64,000 nt of DNA, taken from NCBI RefSeq assembly GCF_006345805.1, contig NC_043007.1, positions 73,780,001 to 73,844,000 on the forward strand. Reading direction: 5' to 3'. The notes beneath the pieces are model-generated. The model had not been told where the DNA came from. It ran no database searches and was given only the letters and a program-made list of their open reading frames with translations. A program made the translations under genes and the position numbers. The stretch is from Octopus sinensis. Its lineage: Eukaryota. This document shows, one piece after another, positions 49,796 to 61,572 of the stretch. The stretch's first letter is position 1; every line of letters begins with the position of its first letter.

Positions 49796-49947
49796 TCAAA
49801 AAATACCTTAGGAATGAGAACCTAGGTTCAAAATTTCCCCAAGGCACCTGATGAAGGCTGGAGGGTATATCAGTTGAAACGTTGTGTTAACCACAAACAA
49901 GATGAGGATAAATATCCATCAAATGTAAATAATGGATATAGTTTTTT
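49589..49947 (+). mobile_element. tRNA-headed, hammerhead-bearing non-autonomous element with an inverted copy of its tail at the 5' end
   Basis: Inverted arm 49589-49686; A-box TGGTGTAGTGG at 49691; B-box GAGTTCGATTGC at 49734; (AAT)n; arm 49836-49933 with GCAC-CTGATGA-A-GGCTG...CAGTT-GAAAC-GTT-GTGT; T6 run near 49942. Confidence 0.75.
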
Positions 49948-50309
49948 GTATGAGGGTCTTCCATACATTTTTAATGTTTTTATAAAAGTGAAAGGATTTT
50001 GTCTATTTATTTGTTTCCACTGTCCACCTGCTATGCTGATTAAATTGACTTGGAACACTGTACATGATGAATATCCAATATTAAACAATCTTAATCTCCA
50101 TATTTAAACTGCATTAAACTTTGGCAAGCTTACCTTTACCTATTCTTATTTACTTGAAAGGTGATATTCACTTCCCCCCTCTTCTATCTGTTGATACTTT
50201 TGTTTACCTACCAATGTGTTGTTTCACTTTCAGGATGCTTATTTACCCATCCATTATGATATTTCAACTTGTCCATTGTTTCAAATACGTTTTAGCATTG
50301 TTTTCGTAG

Positions 50310-50640
50310 CCTTTTTTAAACACCAAGATGTAGGACAAGATACTGTGATAGCCTGGGCTTCAGAGGCCCACAGCTCTTCAATATCCTCCCGAAGAACCTG
50401 AGAGACCTGCATGGGGTGGATGCAGATGTCTTTAAAATAAAACTGGATCTCTTCCTGTCAGGTGTCCCAGATGAACCAACTTCATGGCAGGAGGTGCAAA
50501 TGAGGGCAGCTGCATTGAACTCTCTCATGCACCAAATGGCAATTGCTAAAAAGCATTCGTGAAGTAAAATCATGTAGCAACACCAAATGGTGGTGCCCCA
50601 GCATGGCCACAGCTTGTGAGCTGAAACTAGATAAAATAAA
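50310..50640 (+). mobile_element. CR1-type LINE 3' end (another fragment at 62445-62640)
   Basis: RYCDSLGFRGPQLFNILPKNLRDL...FKIKLDLFLSGVPDEP, then the 3' UTR. Confidence 0.8.
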
Positions 50641-50821
50641 AAAAATAATAAAATCATATATGATTCATCCCAAAGAATTAACCTTCCCCATTAGGGTTTT
50701 AATTCCACTAATTGGAAACATAGATTGCCATGCTAATTATAAACTTGCTCAGTAGTTCAATTATTTGGTGAAAAAAATACCATCAAGCAACTTAAACCAT
50801 CCAAAGGATGGATGCATTTGC

Positions 50822-50870
<49 letters not shown>

Positions 50871-50992
50871 TACATACACACACATATAACTCACATGCAC
50901 TCACACATAGTCATACATAAAATGACAAGAAATAAAAGACAAACTTGTATATATAACATTATATCATTTATAAAAGATATCATATAAACATA

Positions 50993-51102
50993 CATAATCG
51001 TGTTGAAAGCACTGGTTCTCATCTGCTCACTGAAGTTAAGCAATGTCGAGCCAAGTTAGTACTTAGATGGGGGACTGCTTGGGAAACCTAGGTGCTGCAA
51101 GC
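50993..51102 (+). pseudogene. RNA5S: 5S rRNA pseudogene, 5'-truncated and CpG-decayed
   Basis: GTTGAAAGCACTGGTTCTCATCTGCTCACTGAAGTTAAGCAATGTCGAGCC...GTTAGTACTTAGATGG...GCTTGGGAAAC...GTGCTGCAAGC. Confidence 0.9.
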
Positions 51103-51113
51103 GTCACACATTA

Positions 51114-51905
51114 GGTGTAAGAGTGGCTGTGTGATAAGTAGCTTGCTTACAAACCACATGGTTCCGGGTTCAGTTCTACTGCATGGTACCTTGGGCAAGT
51201 GTCTTCTACTATAGCCTCAGGCCAACTAAAGCCTTGTGAGTGGATTTGGTAGATGGAAACTGAAAGAAGCCCATCATATGTATATATATATATATATATA
51301 TGCCTATTATTCACCATACATACACACACGCACAAACACACTTGTCATCCTTGCACACACACACACACACACGCACCCACACACATTCCTTGTCTTTGAA
51401 ACTCTCTTGTTTTTAAAAATCATGATTCGTCTACCTTTCAACTTCTGTTCTTTCAACATGTGATCTCTTGAGCACCACCAGCAAATATATTTTTTTCCTC
51501 TGTCTTCCCTTCTTGGGATCTTTCCTTCTCCTTGTTTCCGACGAAGAGCTCCGCTCGAAACGTTAATCCCTCCTTCCCTTCTTTCCTGAGCGTCAAATAA
51601 TACTTTAATTGTTCCACGTCCTCACGTTGCTGTGTTTTTTTCTGTGTTTTCTTGTTTGGATTAACTTTAACTATATATATATGTATGTGTATGTCTATGT
51701 TTGTGTGTCTGTGTTTGTCCCCCCAACATTACTTGACAACCAATGCTGGTGTGTTTACATCCCCATAACTCAGCAGTTCGGCAAAAGAGACCAATAGAAT
51801 AAGTACTAGGCTTACAAAGAATAAGTCCAGGGGTCGATTTGCTCGACTAAAGGTGGTGCTCCAGCATGGTCACAGTCAAATGACTGAAACAAGTAAAAGA
51901 GTAAA
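51114..51905 (+). mobile_element. SINE family B split by an insertion in its central microsatellite
   Basis: Left half 51114-51290, right half 51690-51905; the insert includes a Penelope-type terminus with CCGACGA-A-GAGC(TCC)GCTC-GAAAC-GTT at 51538-51564. Confidence 0.85.
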
Positions 51906-53006
51906 GCAAAAATATACACCTAGATAAATCTTTACAGCTGTTTCGAAAATTCAGTGACTAGCTGATGCATTAATGTATATTATGCATATGGGTGTGCATA
52001 CTTATGTAATAATACATGAGTAGAAATCATTCTGAACACATTAACAGGAAACTCAAATTGGAAGCATAGAAGCACCAAATTTTTTTCTTCAGACTGAGTA
52101 GGGAAACTGCAATTCATCTTGTAGTACATCTGTATTTAAGATAAAGGACAAAAGGTGTGTTTGTGATAGTGAGGTAGAAAGAATGATAGAAATTTGTGAG
52201 GTCTAGATTGATAAGATGTAAGAAAAGTGAGGGAGAAAGCATAGGGAAAAGATATGTATTGTAAGAAAGAAAGAATGAGGAAGGCACAGTTTGAGGGGAA
52301 GATACAGAAAAGATGGAAGATTGAGCTCAATAATAAAAAGAACAGAAGAAAACAATGAAACAATTCAAGTGTATCCTTTTAAGGGAGAGGAAGAAGACCT
52401 TTTAATGGTCTGTATTCAGTGTGAGTAATCAAGCATGTTGACAATGTGAGGTAGGGAAATTCTATAAATGAAAAGAAGTAAAACAATGAGGTCAAGAGAA
52501 TAATAGAATAGGAATAAAATGAAGAATAAAAAGAATGAACCATAGAATTGAAAATGTATAGAGAAAAGCTGTAAAAATGGTATTAGATAATAATAAATAG
52601 GATTTTAAAGATTTTAAAATTAAGTCATAATTGTAATTAGGCATAGTTAATACACATGTTATTTTGGTGGAAGTTGCAGGCTGGTGAGGAAGTTTACCTT
52701 ATAACCTCACACTTAAGGCTTCTGTCTCCATTGTGAGAACAATGTTGGCCTATATTTCTATACTATAGCCATGGGTCAACCAATACCTTGTGAGTGAAAC
52801 TAGAGAAGTCCCATCATATATAGAGGTAGTGATGCAGATAAACAGAATGAGGCTTGACACATATATACATATATGTACGTACACACATAAGCCAAAGCAG
52901 ACAATGGAAGCCTAGTGTAGCTACCTGGTTTACCAGCTCTAGTCAAACTGTTTAACACATGCCAGTATGGAAAACAGTTGTTAAATGATGTGTGTGTGTG
53001 TGTATA

Positions 53007-53085
53007 ACCTCCATATTAACTCTCTACCTCCATATTAACTCTCTACCTCCATATTAACTCTCTACCTCCATATTAACTCTATCTA
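53007..53085. repeat. 19-bp minisatellite (ACCTCCATATTAACTCTCT) x4
   Basis: Direct tandem copies. Confidence 0.9.
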
Positions 53086-53134
53086 GATTTCTCTTATAAT
53101 CAAACTTCAAGCTGCAGACGTAGTCCTGGTTGAA

Positions 53135-53158
53135 GAATTATATATATATGTATATATG

Positions 53159-53211
<53 letters not shown>

Positions 53212-53238
53212 GTGTGTCTGTGTGTGTGTGTATATATA

Positions 53239-53285
<47 letters not shown>

Positions 53286-54360
53286 GTGTGTGTGTGTATA
53301 TATATGTGTATATATATGTATATATATATATGTGTGTGTGTGTGTATATATATGTGTATATATATGGATGTATATATATGTGTATATATATGTGTATATA
53401 TATGTGTATATATATGTGTATATATATGGATATATATATATGTGTATATATATGGATGTATATATATGTGTATATATATGGATGTATATATATGTGTATA
53501 TATATGGATGTATATATATATATGTGTATATATATGTATGTATATATATATATGTGTATATATATGTATGTATATATATATATGTGTATATATATGTATG
53601 TATATATATATGTGTATATATATGTATGTATATATGTATGTATATATATATATGTGTATATATATGTATGTATATATATATATGTGTATATATATGTATG
53701 TATATATATATGTGTATATATATGTATGTATATATATATGTGTATATATATATGTGTATATATATATATGTGTATATATATGTGTGTATATATATATGTG
53801 TATATATATGTGTGTATATATATATGTGTATATATATGTTATATATATGTGTATATATGTGTGTATATTATATATGTGTATATATATGTGTATATATATA
53901 TGTGTGTATATATATATATGTGTATTATATATATGTGTATATATATGTATGTATATATATGTTATATATGTATGTATATATATATATATGTATATATATG
54001 TATGTATATATATATTATATATATGTATGTGTATATATATTTGTATATATATTGTGTATATATATATATATGTATATTATGTGTGTATATATATTATATA
54101 TATATATATTGTGTGTATATATATATATATATGTGTGTGTGTGTATATATATATATATATGTGTGTGGTGTGTAATATATATATATATATATATATATGT
54201 GTGTATATAATATATGTGTGTATATATATATATAGTGTGTATATATATATATATATATATGTATGTGTATATATATATATATGTGTGTGTATATATATAT
54301 ATATATATGTGTATATATGTATATATATATATGTGTGTGTGTATATAGTATATATATATT
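53135..54360. repeat. Compound (TA)n/(TG)n microsatellite array of about 1.2 kb
   Basis: Directly visible; source of the 332-411 aa ORFs. Confidence 0.98.
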
Positions 54361-54934
54361 GTTAGAGATAGAAATACCCACAACTTCATCGACTCCAAAC
54401 GACATTAACTCAACCAAGCCCCATAAAATGTTAAAACACCTGCTGGAGCCCCATGGAGCTTTTAGGTGTTTTCGCTCAATAAACACACACAGCGCCCAGT
54501 CTGGGAATCGAAACCGCGATCCTCCGACCGCAAGTCTGCTGCCCTAATCACTGGGCCATTGTGCCTCCACTTATTATTATATTAACAAGGGTATTATCCA
54601 TAATCTCATTATTATTATTGTTATTATTAACATTGAGTGGGAGAGAAGTGCATGCTATCAAAGTGACACTGGGGTAAAATATACGAAGCCCAGTATACCC
54701 ATCATGACTACTTGTCTGATAAGGGTACACCAGGCACATGCATTACAACCACATGTATGTGACACAGTGAACTCATCAAAATAAACAGCACATGACCTTG
54801 GTCAGTTTTGGCCAATTCCATAGCCTCATCAATAGAGACTGTTTGATTCACCTGATTCCTGACTTAATTCTCTGTCAGTACGTATATTTACTATAAAAAT
54901 CTATGGAGCTTATCCTCAAACTCAGCAGGACATG

Positions 54935-55310
54935 CAGTTCAATCTTCATCTTCAAGGCTGAAATCTCCACTTCTGAATTTTGCAAACCATCTTCTGCAAG
55001 TTCTTTCATTCAAGCATTCCTTCCCATAAACTGAGTGTACGTTTCGAGTCGCTTCAGCTGCAGAGTTTCCTTTTTTGTACTCATAAAGCATTATGTGCCT
55101 CAAATGCTCTTTGGATACTTCCATGTTAGAAACGGTTTCAATCAAAGAAATTTTAATTCTGTTATTCTGTAAAATAATATTTAATTAGTTTAAATGTACA
55201 CAAATGCATAAAAATAATTTTTAATTCCATTAGATATTCTAAAATACAATCAAATTTCATTCAATTTTAAAAAAAGGTAAAATCAGACGGAAATTATGGA
55301 ATGACCTGAT
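54935..55310 (-). mobile_element. Mariner 5' end with transposase HTH fragment
   Basis: MEVSKEHLRHIMLYEYKKGNSAAEATRNV...ERTCRRWFAKFRSGDFSLED; TIR TATCAGGTCATTCCATAATTTCCG. Confidence 0.9.
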
Positions 55311-55553
55311 ATATATATAAAATAGAAAATTTCTCTTTGTAAATATCACAATGAAAGACATTCAGTAACAGTACTCTGGAGTAAAGATTATTTGCCAACA
55401 TAACATGGCAGTCAAATGTTACTGTTATTTAGTCCCAGGAAGCATTGTTTCCAGCTGGCTATTTAACTCTCTTTGTCCAGCTGAAGCTGATGTTTCCTGT
55501 GGCTAAATAATAGTAACATTCGATTGCCATGTTATGTTGATAAATAATCTTCA

Positions 55554-55639
<86 letters not shown>

Positions 55640-56454
55640 TTGTGTTAGTTTCCTGGCAAATGTAAGAGCACTATTCAATAAAAGAGCAAATCCAGAGGGA
55701 TAATAGTTATTAATGTCAAACTTGAAAGGAAGTATTGTATTGTTCTTGTTACTTACATAATGGAGTATTGTTGTTACTTAACTGGTATTAAACAAAAAGC
55801 TAAAGCTTAAGTTTATTTTTAACCATAGGGATAATCCTATCCAAAATAGATTTACTAATACAACCAAGGTTAGATTTAGTGGGTCAAACAAGCTTATTTG
55901 AAGGCTTAATGAGAAAGTCAACCTTATGATTTCTCAGAAGTGAGGATGTCTGGGTATGTATCGTTCAGTTCTATCTTCAATGCCATGTTTACAATATTGA
56001 TCATTAATCTTCTTCAATACAGCTTTGTCAACCGTTTTATTATTCTTGTTAAGTTCCTTAGTTGTAAAGTCATTTTAGATATTTGCAGAAAGATGTCTTG
56101 TCAGAGAAAAGATGGCTGTTGTTACACATCTGACTTGAATGTATTGATGTTTCAAGCTTGTGTTCATAATGATTTCTTCTCATTTGATGTGTATTGCAGC
56201 TAAATTCTGTTTTTAAATGACCTACTTCGAGAATTGGTTTCGGTACGATGTGTTTATTTATTTTGGTAGTTTTGACTTTAAGAGTCCTTCCTAGCGTGTG
56301 GCATCTATGTGTAATAGTGCCCTCTATATAATATAAATAAATAAATTTAAAGGAAAAAAATTGTTATTTTTTCTCTTATGAGGTTTTTCACGCTAACTAC
56401 TTGATAAATTCTTATGAAGATTTTATTCTATTTTAAAATTATATATATATATAT

Positions 56455-57205
56455 CATCATCATCATCATTTTTATCATTTAGCATCCGTTGTGCATGCTG
56501 GCATGGATTGGATGGTTTGACCAAGGCTGGCAAGCTGGAAGGCTGCACAAGACCCCAATCTGATTTAACATGGTTTCTATGGCTGGATGCCCTCCTTAAT
56601 GCCAACAACTCAGAGTGTACTGCGTGCTTTTATGTGCCACTGGCTTGGGTGCCAGTTATGTGACACCAGCATCAGCCACAACTATGATTCCATTTGGCTT
56701 GACGGGTCTTCTCAAGTACAGCATAGCGCCAAAGGTCTTGGTCACTAGTCATTGCCTCTGTGAGGCCCAAAGTTCGAAGATCATGCTTCACCACTTCATC
56801 TCATGTCTTCTTTGATCTACCTCTACCACAGGTTCCCTCTACAGTTAGAGATCAGCACTTCTTTACACAGCTGTCCTCGTCCATCTGCATCACATGACCA
56901 TACCAGCACAGTCGTCTCTCTTGTACACCACATCTGATGCTTCTTATACCTGACTTTTCTCTCAAGATGCTTACACTCTGTGATACATGCACACTGACGT
57001 TGCACTTCCAGTGAAGCTTACTGGCTTCATTTCTTTCGAGCCTACACATGTCCTCAGTTGTCACAGGCCATGTTTCACAGCCATGTAGCATAGCTGTTTG
57101 CATACAAGCATCATACAATCTGCCTTTCACTCTGAGGAAGAGGCTTTTTGTTGCCAGCAGAGTTAGGAACTCTCTGAACTTTGTGCAGCCTATTGTTTTT
57201 CGCAC
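56455..57205 (-). mobile_element. RTE-type LINE 3' fragment, CpG-decayed
   Basis: FRELL...LRVKGRLYDAC...MLHGCETW...RLERNEAS...RRLCWYGHV; same 3' UTR family as 47826-48404. Shorter 3' pieces at 62150-62400 and 62880-63100. Confidence 0.85.
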
Positions 57206-57316
57206 AGCTATTCTTATCTATCTATCTGTCTGTCTGTATCTATCTATCTATATCTGTCTCTCCGTATCTATATCTATCTATCTCTATATATATCTATCTC
57301 AATCTATCTATATATA

Positions 57317-57354
<38 letters not shown>

Positions 57355-58949
57355 CATGGAAGTGGAAATAGCACAGGAGTAAATCTAAGACACTTCAATT
57401 TAAGAAACAATTTACAAAAATGATTTTTTTAAATATATAAAGAAAATATTACTGGTTTCGATGATGAATCTCATCTTATCAAATATCAGTAAAAACTTTG
57501 CCTGGGGGTCTAAAACATGTCTGGAGTATTTTCATTGAAGTCTTCTTTAAATATAGTTTGGTATAGAGTTCGGTGTCAGAGAGTAAGAGAGGGGGTGTAG
57601 TTGTCTGTTGTCTAAAAGAAATCTTTGTGGGCCCCTGCCAAGGGAGTGGCTTAAAAGCATTTATTGAATAGGTTTTATGTCCACCTGTGTGTGTGTGTGT
57701 GAGGGGAGGGGGGAAGGACCCCACAATGATGTTTTTAGACAATAGACAACTACTCTCTAACACTTTGAACTCTATAACAAAAAAAATAAATGCGCCCTTT
57801 TAAAGCCTAGCCAGGGTCATTAGAGATTTGTTTAGGTCCCTAATCTTTTTTCAACTTATCTATATCTATCTGTCTGTCTGTCTATCTATCTTTATATATA
57901 TATATATATATATAATGTCATAGGTTAGCCAAATATACTATCAAGGCATTGTTTTGCAGCTGGATGCTGTTTCAGTTGCTAACTCTTAGTTGTCTTAATT
58001 TCAAGAAATGACTATCCTAGTTCACATGACTTTAAAGTTGGGACACCAGTGGAAATGCCATCTTCATCATAGCCAGCTAAAAGTGCAAAATATTGTGTAG
58101 AACTGCATATGTAATCAAACACGCATGCGTGAACACACACACACACATCTTTTGCAGTTTCCGTCTACTATATTCTTCACCTCGATAAAATCTAGTCTAG
58201 AAAACTAAATTTGGAGTAATTTTACAAAATTTCCCTACTTAAACCGAAGTCACTTAAATGTGATACTTTTCTGAATTTAGCTGTTTTGCTTGGATAATGT
58301 GACTCCACCTTAAATTGTTTATTCCCTACTTTAGATTAGGATTTGCTTAGGAAGCAACTTCTTGTCAGATACTATTTAATTTAATTAAGACCGAAGAAAA
58401 TTTATTTTCAGTGAACTTCATCAATATACAATCCAAAACGTTCTTGGAGTGTCTTAATGACTCCAAATTTTGCTGACAGCTAAGTTTTACACATTTTTCC
58501 CACAGAATTTTATTTTGGGTGGTAGTTCAGGATTTCTTTTTTTTAATTAAAAAAATTTTTTAAATACATATTAATTTGCCGTGCACTTGAAATATCAAAC
58601 ATTGGTAACTCCTGGCTATTTCCAGATTGTGCCATGTCTTGCCAGTTCCTTACTTTATTGGTAAACAATCTATAGATTCAACGACTTTTTAAAAGTATAA
58701 TTAATAGCTTTGAGTTTAAGTGAAAAATCTCATATCCACTCTAGTAAGAGTTGTACTAGAATTCTTTTACGCTTTGGGAAGGTCATTATGCCAATAATAA
58801 ACACACAAACTGGTTCTATTTCACTTCTCTATTTTTATTTTTCAATTGGTTAACATTTAACCAGTTAACAAATTGATTGATTAATTGTTTGGTCAGCCAA
58901 TCAAATAGGTCTGTCCAAGTCCTTTTGCTGCAGTCGTGACCTCATCAGT

Positions 58950-59290
58950 AACGTGCTCTGTTCAGGTCTGTCTAGAAGTTTCTCATTTACTTTCAGAGTT
59001 ACAGGAAATGGTTTGATCATTAGATATATAACTGCATAAGATATGCAGTTTATATATATATTTCCAAGTGTTCTTGTCTTTTCTTGAGAGAGGATGTAGA
59101 TACCCATGTCCCTGACCTCCTTTAGCTGTTCTGTAATGCAGTTGTAAATTGTATGATTATCTTTGGTACTCCTTGTCAATTGAGTCAAGTATTATAGGTG
59201 ATGATGTTGAGGCTATTATAGCATCATTGCTGAGAAGCAAAACAAAATCCTTCAGTTTTTCTTTATGTGAGATCTTTATCATCTGGAAAA
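58950..59290 (-). mobile_element. Highly degenerate CR1-like RT relic
   Basis: Fragments such as EVRDMGI (VxDLGI-like); weak. Confidence 0.35.
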
Positions 59291-60169
59291 GGTCAAATGT
59301 CTTTTAATCATTCTATGGAATTTTTTTTTTTTTCTTAAGTACGGCAGCAGTTTAACCATTATTTTACTTCTTGCAACATTTTTCCAGTTATGGTTAATAA
59401 CTAGAAAAAAAGTCTTATTCCAGGTTCAGTCTCACTGCGAGGCACATCTATAGCCTTGGGCCGACAAAAGCCTTGTGAATGGAGTTGGTAGACGGAAAAT
59501 ATATATATATTTATATATGTGTTTGTATATATTTATACATGTCTTTGTATGTGTTTGTCCCCCTGCCCATTGTTTGATAACCGATGTTGGTGTGTTTATG
59601 TCCCTGTAACTTAGCAGTTTGGCAAAAGAGACTGAGTTGATTTCTTTGAATAAAGGTGGTGCTTTAGCATGACCACAGTCAAATGACTGAAACAAGTTAA
59701 AAAGAATAAAAGAACAACTGGAAAAAGCCAGTTCCTTATTCTATTTGTCTATTTTGCTGAAGAGATAAGTAATGGGGATGTAAACAAACCAACACTGGTT
59801 GTCAAGTTGCGGTGGGAAATACACACACATAATGGCCTTTTCCTCATTTGTCTACCAAACCCACTCACAAGGCTTGGGTTGGTCTGGAGCTATAGCAGGA
59901 GGCATTTGCCTAAGGTGTCACACAGTGGGACTGAACCAGGAATCAAAGAGAATTATTGATAGCATGGTATTGAACGTAGATTGAGAACTAAGCCCTGATG
60001 AACTCTTACTGCATACTAAATTCATCTCTAAATTCATTAGTACAAACATTCACCTTGCTGGCTATGACACATGTCCATGGTTTGTGCTGCCTTATAGTGC
60101 TTAGTGACCACCAGATCATTGATAGATTCTGTTGAAGGCCTTCTAGATTGAGGAATGCTAGTTATTGAT

Positions 60170-60580
60170 GCTTATTCTTGGCTCTCTTTTATTCTTTTAC
60201 TTGTTTCAGTCATTTGACTGCAGCCATGCTGGAGCACCGCCTTTAGTTGAGCAAATCGACCCCGGGACTTATTCTTTGTAAGCCCAGTACTTATTCTATC
60301 GGTCTCTTTTGCCGAACCGCTAAGTGACGGGGACATAAACACACCAGCATCGGTTGTCAAGCAATGCTAGGGGGACAAACACAGACACACAAACACACAC
60401 ACATATATATACATATATACGACAGGCTTCTTTCAGTTTCCGTCTACCAAATCCACTCATAAGGCACTGGTCAGCCCGGGGTTATAGCAGAAGACACTTG
60501 CTCAAGATTCCACGCAGTGAGACTGAACCTAGAACCATGTGGCTGGTTAGCAAGCTACTTACCACACAGCCACTCCTGCG
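60170..60580 (-). mobile_element. SINE family B, full length (degenerate pieces at 59420-59710 and 59790-59940)
   Basis: Shares subfamily diagnostics with 526-885 (CCCCTAGCATTGC). Confidence 0.9.
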
Positions 60581-60759
60581 GCTGAGTAGTTCTTTTGTAG
60601 TTGTCTCATTATAAACTCAGTGATACTACTGCATCTCATCCTGGCTAATCTTGTTCCAAATTAGTTTGCAAGAATCCTTTCTGTAATCTTCACAACTGGT
60701 CCAACAATTTGATGCCTCTGTAGATTCCTCTCTCTAGTGTATCTTCTTTGCTCTTGTAG

Positions 60760-61026
60760 CCATTTATGATCATTTATTCCATAGTTTTCAAAATCATTTG
60801 GACGGCAAAAATATGAATTCTATAGATGAGGTCAGAACAGTACTGGAGGCATATTTTTCATGACAGACAAGTGAATTTTGGAAGAGGGGCCTTGCAAGTC
60901 TACCTGATAGATGGAAGAGCATTGTAGAAAATGAAGGAGAGTATATTTTAGATTAAAAAAGAAGTTCATTTATCTTAATTTTGAAAAATAAAAGAAGTAT
61001 AAAAAACTGCATTATTTATAGGATGA

Positions 61027-61030
<4 letters not shown>
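60760..61030 (+). mobile_element. Mariner 3' end (transposase C-terminus plus TIR)
   Basis: DHLFHSFQNHLDGK...DEVRTVLE...FWKRGLASLPDRWKSIVENEGEYILD*; TIR AAACTGCATTATTTATAGGATGACC. Confidence 0.85.
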
Positions 61031-61084
<54 letters not shown>

Positions 61085-61266
61085 CACACACACACACACA
61101 CATATATATACACACACACCACACACATATATATACACACACACACACACACACATATAATATACACACACACACACAACACATATATATATACACACCA
61201 CACACACACATATATATATATACACACACACACACACATATATATACACCACACACACACACACAC

Positions 61267-61309
<43 letters not shown>

Positions 61310-61422
61310 CACACCACACACACACACATATATATATATACACACACACCACACACACATATATTATATATACACACACACCACACACACATATATATAT
61401 ACACACACATATATATATACAC

Positions 61423-61471
<49 letters not shown>

Positions 61472-61499
61472 TACATATATATATATTATATATATATAT

Positions 61500-61551
<52 letters not shown>

Positions 61552-61572
61552 TATATATTATATACACATACA
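61030..61572. repeat. Compound (TA)n/(CA)n microsatellite
   Basis: Directly visible. Confidence 0.97.

Noticed and set aside
55940-56203. 87-aa ORF and antisense frames as host exons
   Set aside because: Short, interrupted by stops in adjoining frames, and with no recognisable motif or splice signals.
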